DNA of 64,000 bases. It comes from Escherichia phage vB_Ec-M-J. Where the stretch lies: the sequence record OQ718158.1. The stretch is one strand, 5' to 3'. Position 1 is the first letter of the stretch. The number at the start of each line of letters is the position of its first letter. Of the stretch, positions 10,210 through 18,989 are shown in pieces. The position numbers and the translations under genes are program-made. Below the pieces are notes generated by a model. The model did not search any database and was not told the origin of the DNA. It worked only from the letters and a program-made list of their open reading frames with translations.

Positions 10210-10776
10210 ATGGTCAAATCTTTACTACCACCACCAAAGCGTCACAAAATCCAAGAAATGAAAGACCAACGTACATTAAAGATGTACAACAATTTAGTTA
10301 AGTTACTGTGTAAAAGTCCATCGCTCAAAGCAGAGTTTAAAACTGATGATGACCGCAAAGCACTAATTGAGATGAAGTATATGCTCAGTAAAATGTCCTT
10401 TTACAAATTTGTAAAAGAATACGCATCTGACCCATTTAGTCCTCGTTGGAGAACCAAACCAAGAGAGTTTTTTTTCGGTGGTTCATATACTGATATCATT
10501 CAAGATACTGTGATAGGCGTAGAGTTCGAGATTGATTATGAGCCGAATGGTGTGGAAAACTTGCTGATTGAGAAACGTTTACCAAGTGAAGAAGAAATTT
10601 ATGTTTATGCAAGAAAACTTTCAACTTACAGTTCAAGAATTACTCTAGGCAAGTTAGATTCATTTATTATTTTCTATATACGTGTTGGCGTAGACAAAAT
10701 GGTAACTAAACTCAATGAACTTTCATTACAACAAAAACAGATTAATGCATACAAAGACATTACTGATTTATACTAA
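10210..10776 (+). CDS. hypothetical protein, tandem paralog family member 1
   Basis: 188 aa; shares an N-terminal module (KSPSLKAEFKTDDDRKALIEMKYMLSK) with the next two genes. Confidence 0.55.
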   Translation: MVKSLLPPPKRHKIQEMKDQRTLKMYNNLVKLLCKSPSLKAEFKTDDDRKALIEMKYMLSKMSFYKFVKEYASDPFSPRWRTKPREFFFGGSYTDIIQDTVIGVEFEIDYEPNGVENLLIEKRLPSEEEIYVYARKLSTYSSRITLGKLDSFIIFYIRVGVDKMVTKLNELSLQQKQINAYKDITDLY

Positions 10777-10782
10777 TGAGGA

Positions 10783-11304
10783 ATGAATATGTTTTTTGGC
10801 CCAGTTGGAAAACAAAACAGTACTTTAATTTGGCATGAAATTATCTTTAAAATTATATCAAAAAGTTTCACACTTAAAGATATCATCAATACAGATCAAG
10901 ATCGTCGTGTTCTGTTAGAAGCAAAATATAAATTGAGCAAACACCCTTTGCTACCATTAATCATTGATTACGTTAATGATTATGAATCCAGTCGTTGGAA
11001 GTTTGAAGAAGGCGGTTTATTTCGTGGAAAAACATTCTACGGTGCGGAACGATATGTATTCAGTGATGCAACAAATGGCGTTAAGTTTGCTATTAGAAAC
11101 TTTAACTCCAAAGAAAATGATTATCTTGAAAGTGGAGTGAAAGTATATATCGATAACAATAGCAATGTTCTAACATATGACGAATCACTAATTATGTTAC
11201 AAATAATGCGTGGCGTTGAAGGTGTAAGACACAATCTTACTAATTTGAAAATTCAGCAAAATGATATACATAATAGACAGAAAATTAAGGGTTTATATAA
11301 ATGA
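10783..11304 (+). CDS. hypothetical protein, tandem paralog family member 2
   Basis: 173 aa; module KSFTLKDIINTDQDRRVLLEAKYKLSK. Confidence 0.55.
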   Translation: MNMFFGPVGKQNSTLIWHEIIFKIISKSFTLKDIINTDQDRRVLLEAKYKLSKHPLLPLIIDYVNDYESSRWKFEEGGLFRGKTFYGAERYVFSDATNGVKFAIRNFNSKENDYLESGVKVYIDNNSNVLTYDESLIMLQIMRGVEGVRHNLTNLKIQQNDIHNRQKIKGLYK

Positions 11305-11810
11305 TTTCATTTTTCAAAAAGAAAGAAAAAGTTGATGAAACTGGATTAGAATCGTTTCTATGGACTCTTATCATCAAAAAAAGTCCATTGATAAAAGAAT
11401 ATGCCATCAATGATACTAATAGAAAAACTATCATTGAATACAAATACGAATTAGCAAAATGTGATCCGATTGTTTACCACTTCGTAAAGTACTGTTCTGA
11501 AAATTTATCGGATATCACTATTGAACACGAGTCAGTACCAATGAGTTTTCCTTATGGAGATTGGGTATATACTTATGATATTTTTGATGGGTCTAACGGA
11601 TTCAGTTTTTATTTCACATCAAATAAAGCATATGTTCGAATCAAAACAGATATAGGTTGGGTATTGCATAGCACAAATAAAGAAGATTATAATTTATTAG
11701 CTGATGTATACAGAAGTGTTAAGAACTCAAAGGATATTGATGAAAGAATTAAAAAGCAAAATCGTATTTCTTTATCAATAGAAACATACAAGTCAAAGTA
11801 TGGTGGTTAA
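11301..11810 (+). CDS. hypothetical protein, tandem paralog family member 3
   Basis: 169 aa; module KSPLIKEYAINDTNRKTIIEYKYELAK; 4-nt overlap with upstream gene. Confidence 0.55.
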   Translation: MISFFKKKEKVDETGLESFLWTLIIKKSPLIKEYAINDTNRKTIIEYKYELAKCDPIVYHFVKYCSENLSDITIEHESVPMSFPYGDWVYTYDIFDGSNGFSFYFTSNKAYVRIKTDIGWVLHSTNKEDYNLLADVYRSVKNSKDIDERIKKQNRISLSIETYKSKYGG

Positions 11811-11812
11811 CT

Positions 11813-12214
11813 ATGACTACAGTTGATGATATCTACAGTACTATACGAAATATGAGTACAGATAGAAAAGTGTTTGGTGACAAAGAAAAGTCAAAATGTT
11901 ATGGCATCGATTCTTTTGATATTATTTCATACGAATATAATAACAACGGGACCAGTTCACTAAACATTGTGTGTCCACGAGATCCAGAAAATAATTTCAT
12001 GTACGTTGAAATTAACAATGATGGTATGTTCTTTACTAAAGTATATAAAGGTGGGAAAGAATACGAACCCATCGAAGTAATGAATGAAGAGAAATTCTTC
12101 CAAGAAGATACCATCATCAATCTTGGATTTAGTTACAATGACTATCAAGTACTGGATCATGATTTTAAACGATACTATAATGGTTTTCTAAAGGAGTTAA
12201 CGATTTACTTATGA
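11813..12214 (+). CDS. hypothetical protein
   Basis: 133 aa ORF tightly packed in the operon. Confidence 0.5.
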   Translation: MTTVDDIYSTIRNMSTDRKVFGDKEKSKCYGIDSFDIISYEYNNNGTSSLNIVCPRDPENNFMYVEINNDGMFFTKVYKGGKEYEPIEVMNEEKFFQEDTIINLGFSYNDYQVLDHDFKRYYNGFLKELTIYL

Positions 12215-13449
12215 AAAACAATTTTCTAGAACAAACTATTGTGAAACACTTAGCTGGTTCACAGGCGTATGGCACAAGCACACCAGAAAGTGATACCGAT
12301 TATCGTGGTATCTTCCTTGCAAACAAAGAATTTATCCTAACTCCTTTTTTTAATGTTAAGGAAGTTTCAGATCCTTCTGAAGAAGATACTAAATTTTATG
12401 AAGTCAATCAGTACTTAAGTCTGTATACTGAAGCTAACCCAAACATTCTTGAATCACTATGGGTTAAACCTGAACACATCGTAGAAAGTACTGAAATCTA
12501 TGACTATCTACGCTCATTCAATCAGCAATTATTGAGTTCAAAGATTGCACACTCATACAGTGGATATGCATACAATCAGGTTAAGCGTATGTCTAATCAC
12601 CACGGCTGGCTCGATAAGGAACGAATTGCTGAACGTAAACTAAATGAAATTTTAGAAGAACATCCAGTTGACGAAGTACTTTCATGGATGTATGATACAT
12701 TCCCGCAGTATTTGGTAGACCGTTTGAATAAATCCAATCTTCACCCATTCAATGCTACAAAAATTGATTTTGAAAAATACATGCGTGATACTTCATTACA
12801 ATTAGTTTCAACACAAGCATTGAAACAATATCATTTTGTACGTTTAGTACATAATTATAGTACTGATAAAGTATTAGATCGTGATTTCAATTTATTGAAT
12901 TACAATTCAGGGTATGAACTAATCCATTACGGTGAAAACATCTTTGGGGTAATTATCAACCCGAATGAAAGTACAGTGAATGCTGATGGTTCACTACGTT
13001 ACTTCAACAAAGAACGTACTACAGAAGAATTGAAAGTTCGTCCTGAACTCATTGTAAAATTCAATGAAAAGGAATACAAAGAAAATAGTGAGAACCGTAA
13101 GAGTTATCACAAATGGAAGCAGAATCGTAATGCCAAACGTGCTATTCTTGAATCACACCACGGTTATGACTGCAAACATGCTATGCATACAATCAGGCTG
13201 CTGAATACAGCACAGGAAGCACTTGAAACTGGTATCATCCAAGTTCACCGACCGGATGCTGCTATGTTGATGGACATTCGTAACGGGAAGTGGTTGTATC
13301 AAGAAGTTATGGATTATTTCAACGAAAAGGTTGACTACATCCGAAATGTGGCGTATCATAAGACCCATCTACCGAAGCGACCAAACATAAAGTTGGCTAC
13401 GAAGGTACTATTAGATATCCGTGAAATGCAATGGTACAGTAAAAAATAA
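12211..13449 (+). CDS. Pol-beta superfamily nucleotidyltransferase (PF10127-like, tentative)
   Basis: 412 aa; N-terminal GSQAYGTSTPESDTDYRG matches a GS...SDxD nucleotidyltransferase signature. Confidence 0.5.
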   Translation: MKNNFLEQTIVKHLAGSQAYGTSTPESDTDYRGIFLANKEFILTPFFNVKEVSDPSEEDTKFYEVNQYLSLYTEANPNILESLWVKPEHIVESTEIYDYLRSFNQQLLSSKIAHSYSGYAYNQVKRMSNHHGWLDKERIAERKLNEILEEHPVDEVLSWMYDTFPQYLVDRLNKSNLHPFNATKIDFEKYMRDTSLQLVSTQALKQYHFVRLVHNYSTDKVLDRDFNLLNYNSGYELIHYGENIFGVIINPNESTVNADGSLRYFNKERTTEELKVRPELIVKFNEKEYKENSENRKSYHKWKQNRNAKRAILESHHGYDCKHAMHTIRLLNTAQEALETGIIQVHRPDAAMLMDIRNGKWLYQEVMDYFNEKVDYIRNVAYHKTHLPKRPNIKLATKVLLDIREMQWYSKK

Positions 13450-13459
13450 GAGGATTGTT

Positions 13460-13876
13460 ATGCTAAACGAACAAATCAAAGACGCACTACGTGTACTGAA
13501 TCGCGAAGTTAACCGCATCCAGAAAAGTACTGATCGTTATAAACTAATGCATGAACTTAGACTTTCGTTGGAAGCTATCAATAATGGCGAATGGTATCTT
13601 GAACCAGAATATCGCACACGTGAACTAACTGACGTTGAAAAAGCAATTGTCAAATTCATTACAAGTCGCGACAAAAATGCATCCGAAAAAGATGTATCAA
13701 TGAACTTCCATCTTACTAAATGTGAAGTCGTGGAAAAATTTAAATTCGATTGGCTTGACTGGATTGAAATGATCATGGAACTTGAAGAAGAATTCAAAGT
13801 TGAAGTTGATTTGGAATACGAGAATGAAAACACTAAACTGTATAAACTCGTAGATCATATTCAAAAAATGTTGTAA
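13460..13876 (+). CDS. hypothetical protein with ACP-like C-terminal helix motif
   Basis: Start moved to the Met with RBS agagga (track start 13421 overlaps upstream gene); DWLDWIEMIMELEEEFKVEV resembles ACP DSLDTVELVMALEEEF but lacks the Ser. Confidence 0.45.
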   Translation: MLNEQIKDALRVLNREVNRIQKSTDRYKLMHELRLSLEAINNGEWYLEPEYRTRELTDVEKAIVKFITSRDKNASEKDVSMNFHLTKCEVVEKFKFDWLDWIEMIMELEEEFKVEVDLEYENENTKLYKLVDHIQKML

Positions 13877-13893
13877 ACATATAATATAGTACA

Positions 13894-13904
13894 CTCTAAA
13901 TAAT
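13894..13904 (+). promoter_or_regulatory. late-promoter-like motif CTCTAAATAAT
   Basis: About 26 nt upstream of the 13930 start. Confidence 0.35.
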
Positions 13905-13929
13905 ATTACCAACTATAGGAGATGTTATT

Positions 13930-14304
13930 ATGAGTGTACTAGAAATTATTGTTTCAAAAGTTTTAATACCATATTGGAAACCAATTTTGGTAGTAGGAGT
14001 AATGGCAGGTTGTGTTTACGGTGGATGGTCAGCAAATACTTATTATACTGGTTATAAAGAAAGTATTGACCAAAAAATAGAAAAGAAAGTTGATTCTGCA
14101 CTCGCTAAGATGCAGCAAGAAAATGCAAAAAACTATATAGAAACCAAAAAGATAATGCAAGATAATGCTAAAGTTATCGAGACACAAGTGCCTATTATAG
14201 TAGAAAGAGAAGTTTACAAAAATGTATGTCTAGATGAAGATGGCGTTAAACTTCTGAATGAACTTAAACAGAATTCCCTTGCAGCGAGGAATAAATTCAA
14301 ATGA
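13930..14304 (+). CDS. i-spanin-like protein (N-terminal TM plus periplasmic coiled-coil)
   Basis: 124 aa; hydrophobic segment near residues 12-32, then charged helical region; lipoprotein gene follows with 4-nt overlap. Confidence 0.5.
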   Translation: MSVLEIIVSKVLIPYWKPILVVGVMAGCVYGGWSANTYYTGYKESIDQKIEKKVDSALAKMQQENAKNYIETKKIMQDNAKVIETQVPIIVEREVYKNVCLDEDGVKLLNELKQNSLAARNKFK

Positions 14305-14615
14305 AATACGCTTTAGTATTTGCAATTTCTTTTCTATTAATTAGTGGTTGTGCTGAAGAAATTAAGTATCAACCTAAACCAATTGTAGAACAAGAAATCT
14401 TACTTGAACGTTGTGACGAAAATACACCACTACCAAGTAAAATCATGGTCGATAAAAACGGGTTCAGAGGATATGATGGTGCTGAAATTCTTGCAGTACT
14501 CGTAAAATGGGATGCAATGTACAATGACTGTGCACTAAAACATGATGCATTAATTAAAACTATTCGTGATTTACAAAATCAAGATGTTAAGGTTAAAATT
14601 AAATCCGAGGATTAA
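14301..14615 (+). CDS. o-spanin-like outer-membrane lipoprotein
   Basis: 104 aa; signal peptide with lipobox LISGC; position after the i-spanin-like gene. Confidence 0.5.
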   Translation: MKYALVFAISFLLISGCAEEIKYQPKPIVEQEILLERCDENTPLPSKIMVDKNGFRGYDGAEILAVLVKWDAMYNDCALKHDALIKTIRDLQNQDVKVKIKSED

Positions 14616-14617
14616 AA

Positions 14618-15229
14618 ATGTCAAAATATCAGGTCTACTATGTTGCCAAACTATCACTTCTTGATGAGTTAAATCAAAGAAGTACACAGATGAAACGCTA
14701 TACATATAACGGTGTTACTTTCCGATACTTCCCACAAAAAGTACTTACATTCGTTAAGAATTGTAAATGCGTTGCGTGTGGTATTGAAGCTACTGAAGTT
14801 CGCATTGAGCGTTCACATAGCACTGATCCGGTATATGGTAAACCTCACTTAAATGTCTATGCAGTTTGTGGTCTATATGAAGTACTGATGACAGTAGATC
14901 ATAACCAACTAGCATCTAAGGGTGGACCTGATTTAGAGTCAAATTACAACACAATGTGTTCACGTTGTAACAGTCTTCGTTCTAATAAAACTGAATCAGT
15001 AGGTGAATTCCTGGAAAAAGTTAAGGGTAGAAATCTACTGGAAGAGCATATGAATGATTTTTTCAATAAAGATAAGAAGAAATCTAAAACTCCTACTCCA
15101 GAAGAATTGGAAGAACGCCGTTTACGTACAGAACTATGGGAAACCGACCATATATGGCATGTTCGTGATTTTGGACGACATATGAAAGCTCTAAAAAAAG
15201 AACAAAAGAAATTGAATAATCACAATTAA
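14618..15229 (+). CDS. HNH endonuclease (free-standing homing-endonuclease-like)
   Basis: 203 aa; CxxC...DHNQLASKGG...N...CSRCN HNH motif; basic C-terminal tail. Confidence 0.7.
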   Translation: MSKYQVYYVAKLSLLDELNQRSTQMKRYTYNGVTFRYFPQKVLTFVKNCKCVACGIEATEVRIERSHSTDPVYGKPHLNVYAVCGLYEVLMTVDHNQLASKGGPDLESNYNTMCSRCNSLRSNKTESVGEFLEKVKGRNLLEEHMNDFFNKDKKKSKTPTPEELEERRLRTELWETDHIWHVRDFGRHMKALKKEQKKLNNHN

Positions 15230-15240
15230 TATGTTATGAT

Positions 15241-15272
15241 AGGGACTTGAGAAATCGAGTCCCTATTTTTTT
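15241..15272 (+). terminator. intrinsic terminator
   Basis: Hairpin agggact...agtccct followed by tttttttt. Confidence 0.6.
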
Positions 15273-15283
15273 GGAGAAAATAA

Positions 15284-15640
15284 ATGAAATCTAAAATCTT
15301 TTTACCGCAGTTAATGTGGCATCTGGCAGAGTTAGATGAAGATGATGAATATACTGACTATGGTACATGGGATGACAGTACTGAATCATTCAATCCAGAT
15401 GTTAAGTACAAAATCATTAGTAATGAAAGTAAAGGGTATAGACGATGGACAGAAGAATTTGATCTAGTTTTTCTTGACATGAACACGAACAAATATTATC
15501 ATTGTACGTATGAACGAGGTTTAACAGAAGATAGACCAGCAGAACCATTCAGAAATGAAACTGATGGTGTTAAGTGCTATGAAGTTTCTGTTACCAGAGA
15601 AGAAATTATCACTTATCGAACTTTGTGGAAATATTTGTAA
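15284..15640 (+). CDS. hypothetical protein
   Basis: 118 aa ORF. Confidence 0.5.
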   Translation: MKSKIFLPQLMWHLAELDEDDEYTDYGTWDDSTESFNPDVKYKIISNESKGYRRWTEEFDLVFLDMNTNKYYHCTYERGLTEDRPAEPFRNETDGVKCYEVSVTREEIITYRTLWKYL

Positions 15641-16038
15641 TGCTAAAAGAATTAGATTTTTCAAACTTAGAAATCATCAGTGCTGTTAAAAATATCTCTG
15701 ACTTTGGAGATGAGAAGTCAGTACTGGTAACTGTTACATTCGTCAAAGAACAGGATAGCTATAGCCATTTAGATGGTATTGAAGAACTAATTCACAAGAC
15801 TAATCTACAAAACGATGGTAAACTCATTAAGCTTCAGGCTTCCTATACGCAAAAATCGTCATTTTTTGTAGACCTAAATAATGTAGTCAAGGTGGTATAC
15901 AATCACCCTGAACACAAATACAGGAACACGACAAGAAACGAGAATGATGCTATAGACTCCAATATCAAAGAGGATGTCGAATTCATCAACACAATTTTTG
16001 ACCGTTGTTCCAAGGATTTGAAAAAGGTATACATGTAA
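15640..16038 (+). CDS. hypothetical protein
   Basis: Start set at the ATG overlapping the upstream stop (TAATG); track start 15625 overlaps the upstream gene. Confidence 0.5.
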   Translation: MLKELDFSNLEIISAVKNISDFGDEKSVLVTVTFVKEQDSYSHLDGIEELIHKTNLQNDGKLIKLQASYTQKSSFFVDLNNVVKVVYNHPEHKYRNTTRNENDAIDSNIKEDVEFINTIFDRCSKDLKKVYM

Positions 16039-16058
16039 CGGGACATAATACATCCTAG

Positions 16059-16067
16059 TGATATAAT
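16059..16067 (+). promoter_or_regulatory. extended -10 promoter element (TGaTATAAT)
   Basis: tgatataat at 16059-16067 heading the gene-free locus; no good -35. Confidence 0.4.
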
Positions 16068-16356
16068 GTATATTGTAAAATGACAACGGACATTGAAAAA
16101 TGGATAATGAGAACCTACTTCTCTTGAAAATGTAAAGGATAGATGAGCTTTACCGTTGTAGCGAACAGCAAAAGAAACCTGTTAGAGTACTGGCAATCAA
16201 ACAAACACGAGATAAGACCACGAATCACGGCGACACGGCTGTATAAAGAACTCCAATAAGCACACAGAGAGTTCCTAGATAGATGTATAAGGTTCGCACC
16301 TTACGAATTTGCTAAGGGAGTTCAAGGATTGTGGACGCGATTTTACAAGAAAGTTG

Positions 16357-16373
16357 CGTCCAAAATTTGAGAA
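16357..16373 (+). repeat. direct repeat copy 1 (cgtccaaaatttgagaa)
   Basis: Perfect 17-nt repeat with copy 2 at 16510-16526, within longer imperfect repeat of about 40 nt. Confidence 0.8.
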
Positions 16374-16509
16374 CAGGTACTACTTTGATCGAATAGAGTT
16401 TAGTACTGAGTGCTGTTGATGAAAAGACCAGCGACCGTTGCATATGACTGCGATAGAGAGAAACCGAGCAACCCGCTTTCGCTCTCTAAATTTTGGTACA
16501 GGAAAGATC

Positions 16510-16526
16510 CGTCCAAAATTTGAGAA
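16510..16526 (+). repeat. direct repeat copy 2 (cgtccaaaatttgagaa)
   Basis: Identical to 16357-16373; preceded by inverted repeat aaattttgg/ccaaaattt (9-bp stem). Confidence 0.8.
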
Positions 16527-16565
16527 ATTCGCAATTCGATAATATCCGATGCCATCATCGTCAAG

Positions 16566-16588
16566 AGAGACTTAATTGTCTCTTTTTT
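16566..16588 (+). terminator. intrinsic terminator
   Basis: agagac-ttaatt-gtctct followed by a T-run. Confidence 0.5.
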
Positions 16589-16594
16589 ATTACC

Positions 16595-16618
16595 TTCATT
16601 CCCCTGCGGGGGGATGAA
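16595..16618 (+). other. stable 10-bp hairpin with UGCG (UNCG-type) tetraloop
   Basis: ttcattcccc-tgcg-gggggatgaa; nine Watson-Crick pairs plus one G-U; no U-tract, so not a terminator. Confidence 0.5.
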
Positions 16619-16728
16619 ATAGTCCTCAACAAATCCCGTCAAGCTTTTAAAGTACATTATCATTTTCAGAAGGAACTAGTTTACGAAGTAAACGTAGTGA
16701 CTTCTTGAGTTACGAGAGAACGAAGTGA

Positions 16729-17157
16729 ATGAGTAACACAACGAAAATATCCAATACATCTGAATTAACACAAATGTTATTCAAAGAATATTTTGAGTAT
16801 CAAATCAAAAGCGATCATGATTTGGTTCAGACATATTTGAAGAGAATCAAAGATCCATTAAGTTTAAACAAAGGAACTGAATTTTATAACAGTATTTTAG
16901 ACTTTATTAATTTAGTTCATACAAACAGACCTATTGTAGTTTTCTTCTTTGATAAATCAATTCCTGTAGAAGTTCCTGATAATGTATTTTTTGTTACAGA
17001 AACTGATTTAAGTAATCAAAGTACTGTAAGTAGATTAAGGAATTGCTTACTTATAATTTGTGATTCTTCATTATATAACAATAGAGTACTATGGAATAGA
17101 AGTAAGAGAAATGCAGTTTCAGAAATGAATCCTGAAGTTACCTTTATTATTAACTAA
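16729..17157 (+). CDS. hypothetical protein
   Basis: 142 aa ORF. Confidence 0.5.
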   Translation: MSNTTKISNTSELTQMLFKEYFEYQIKSDHDLVQTYLKRIKDPLSLNKGTEFYNSILDFINLVHTNRPIVVFFFDKSIPVEVPDNVFFVTETDLSNQSTVSRLRNCLLIICDSSLYNNRVLWNRSKRNAVSEMNPEVTFIIN

Positions 17158-17187
17158 ATACCATAGAATAACTCTAAGGAGAGATTT

Positions 17188-17628
17188 ATGGAAAATATTA
17201 ATGATTTACGACATGTAATGGACTTTATCGGAGATACTGAAGAAGATAGTTCTTATGATGAAGTACTACTTACATTTATTGAGAATAGTTTATTTTTAAG
17301 TGCTGCTGCTCACAACTGGCATTTACAGAGCCATTTCTACACTAAGCACCTACAATTGGATGAACTATACAAAGAGTTACCTGAGTACGTTGATGCATTT
17401 GTAGAGGGTATTATGAACACTCGCGGGGCATTGCAGGTAGGTACTGGTAACAGTTATCGTTTTACCCCTATCGAGGATTGTGTACCAATTCTTGAAGAAT
17501 ATGTTAGTCAATGTAAAGCCATTCATGCTATGCTAGAAGAGGCTGAAGACTATGGTAGTACTAACACGCTAGAAGACATTATGAGTTTTTGTGAAGGAAT
17601 GCTTTACAAACTTAAAGTTTTACAATAA
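17188..17628 (+). CDS. hypothetical protein (possible ferritin/Dps-like four-helix bundle, tentative)
   Basis: 146 aa; HNWHLQSHFYTKHLQLDELYKEL loosely resembles Dps/ferritin helix motifs; RBS aaggagag upstream. Confidence 0.5.
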   Translation: MENINDLRHVMDFIGDTEEDSSYDEVLLTFIENSLFLSAAAHNWHLQSHFYTKHLQLDELYKELPEYVDAFVEGIMNTRGALQVGTGNSYRFTPIEDCVPILEEYVSQCKAIHAMLEEAEDYGSTNTLEDIMSFCEGMLYKLKVLQ

Positions 17629-17635
17629 AATATAT

Positions 17636-17666
17636 GGAGAGTCATTGTGACTCTCCTTTTCTTTTG
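17636..17666 (+). terminator. intrinsic terminator
   Basis: ggagagtca-ttg-tgactctcc followed by ttttctttt. Confidence 0.65.
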
Positions 17667-17674
17667 GAGAATAT

Positions 17675-18028
17675 ATGAGTGATTACCGCGTAACATCTGG
17701 ACTAATGGCACGTCTTATTGAAGCAGTTCCTGAAGATGATTATGAAGCTATTTCAGATCGTCTTTTTGACGCAGATTCTAAACTCCATATTACATATGAT
17801 GGTGCATTGATTTACAGTACTGATATTGATATGTCTAGTTATGAATTTGATATTTCTTTTGGTAACAAACTAACTACTGAAGAATTCGCTCGAAAATGTG
17901 AGCGTGAAGGGTTGTGTATTGATATTAGTTCAGTTCAGCCATATACATCACTGTGGTATGATGGTGCTGATAGTCCAATGTCTACTACATCTTTACAGGA
18001 TTTTCTAAATGCAAATCAAAAAGATTAA
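17675..18028 (+). CDS. hypothetical protein
   Basis: 117 aa ORF. Confidence 0.5.
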   Translation: MSDYRVTSGLMARLIEAVPEDDYEAISDRLFDADSKLHITYDGALIYSTDIDMSSYEFDISFGNKLTTEEFARKCEREGLCIDISSVQPYTSLWYDGADSPMSTTSLQDFLNANQKD

Positions 18029-18401
18029 ATTCCACCAGCATTGTTCTATACATGAATGTGATGATTGTGGTATGAACATGAGTGACATTTATACAGTTTC
18101 CTGTAAAGGATTCAAATTCACTCACGGTGAACCTGCATATTGTTATGGCACAGAAGAAGGTGATATCGAAGTAGTTCTGAAAGAATTGTTCCAGTACTTG
18201 CAAAGTGCTGGTCATGATGTTACAATGCCCACATATTACGAAGATGATTATGACTCACATGTAGAAGAAAATACATATTATAATCAATTCGTTCATGGTA
18301 ATGGCTTTATCACATACCTTCATGAGAATGGTATTGAGGTAAAAACTAAGTACACTAGTGATGATTACGAAAGTGATGACTCTATGGAGATTGAAGATTG
18401 A
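18009..18401 (+). CDS. hypothetical Cys-containing acidic protein
   Basis: 130 aa; several Cys/His near the N-terminus, acidic C-terminus. Confidence 0.45.
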   Translation: MQIKKIKFHQHCSIHECDDCGMNMSDIYTVSCKGFKFTHGEPAYCYGTEEGDIEVVLKELFQYLQSAGHDVTMPTYYEDDYDSHVEENTYYNQFVHGNGFITYLHENGIEVKTKYTSDDYESDDSMEIED

Positions 18402-18985
18402 AAGCAAAAGACCTAGCAGCACTGTTGATGCAGAACCCTGAAATGGAAGTGTATCATGAGCACATGCATATTGATGATATGTGTGAATCGTACTATTCAC
18501 CAGAAAATGTGTCTGGGATTGAAATCACACCAAGTGGTGTATTCATCAGTACTGAACGTATTGATTACAATTCCCAGCAAGAAATCAAAACTCCACATAA
18601 TAAACCTCGCATTGGTGCTATTGAACTTGTATTTCAACAGGATCGTCTGGTTGAGTACAACGAAGACGATGGTACTACCAGAACTGATGTTGAGAATGTT
18701 GTTTTTCCTTTTTATAACGCCTATGATGACCCAACAACAGGTGAAGACTTCTTCCGTGAGTTATCAGAGGATGGTTATGTTTATGGTGAAAATGGAACTA
18801 TTTTTGTACTGGACCCTAATTATGAGCCAGATCACAACACTTGGCAATTCTATACACCTCAAGATGTAATGGAAGTTAAAGTACTTACAGATCTTGACGA
18901 TAATTGGAACCCAGTATATACTTCAATGACATTTGAAGAAGCAAAAAACCATTTCGTTTCTAAACTAAACATTACAAAAGAATAA
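18398..18985 (+). CDS. hypothetical protein
   Basis: 195 aa; 4-nt overlap with upstream ORF. Confidence 0.5.
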   Translation: MKAKDLAALLMQNPEMEVYHEHMHIDDMCESYYSPENVSGIEITPSGVFISTERIDYNSQQEIKTPHNKPRIGAIELVFQQDRLVEYNEDDGTTRTDVENVVFPFYNAYDDPTTGEDFFRELSEDGYVYGENGTIFVLDPNYEPDHNTWQFYTPQDVMEVKVLTDLDDNWNPVYTSMTFEEAKNHFVSKLNITKE

Positions 18986-18989
18986 GGAT

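Larger units (their letters stand above)
16070..16592 (+). ncRNA. candidate structured non-coding RNA / small-ORF locus (unclassified)
   Basis: About 0.7 kb without any ORF of 60 aa or more on the plus strand apart from one 71-aa ORF judged spurious; GC visibly above neighbours; promoter at 5' end, terminator at 16566-16588; internal direct repeats and hairpins. Confidence 0.25.

Noticed and set aside
16357-16526. Possible CRISPR array in the gene-free locus.
   Set aside because: Only two copies of a 17-nt repeat separated by 153 bp; no regular repeat-spacer periodicity, no cas genes.
16040-16728. tRNA genes, tmRNA or a self-splicing intron in the non-coding locus.
   Set aside because: No canonical T-loop (GTTCRANYC) with matching acceptor stems, no tmRNA-like ends, no group II domain V or group I P7-like cores recognisable by eye; not flanked by a split host gene. 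A covariance-model scan could still overturn this.
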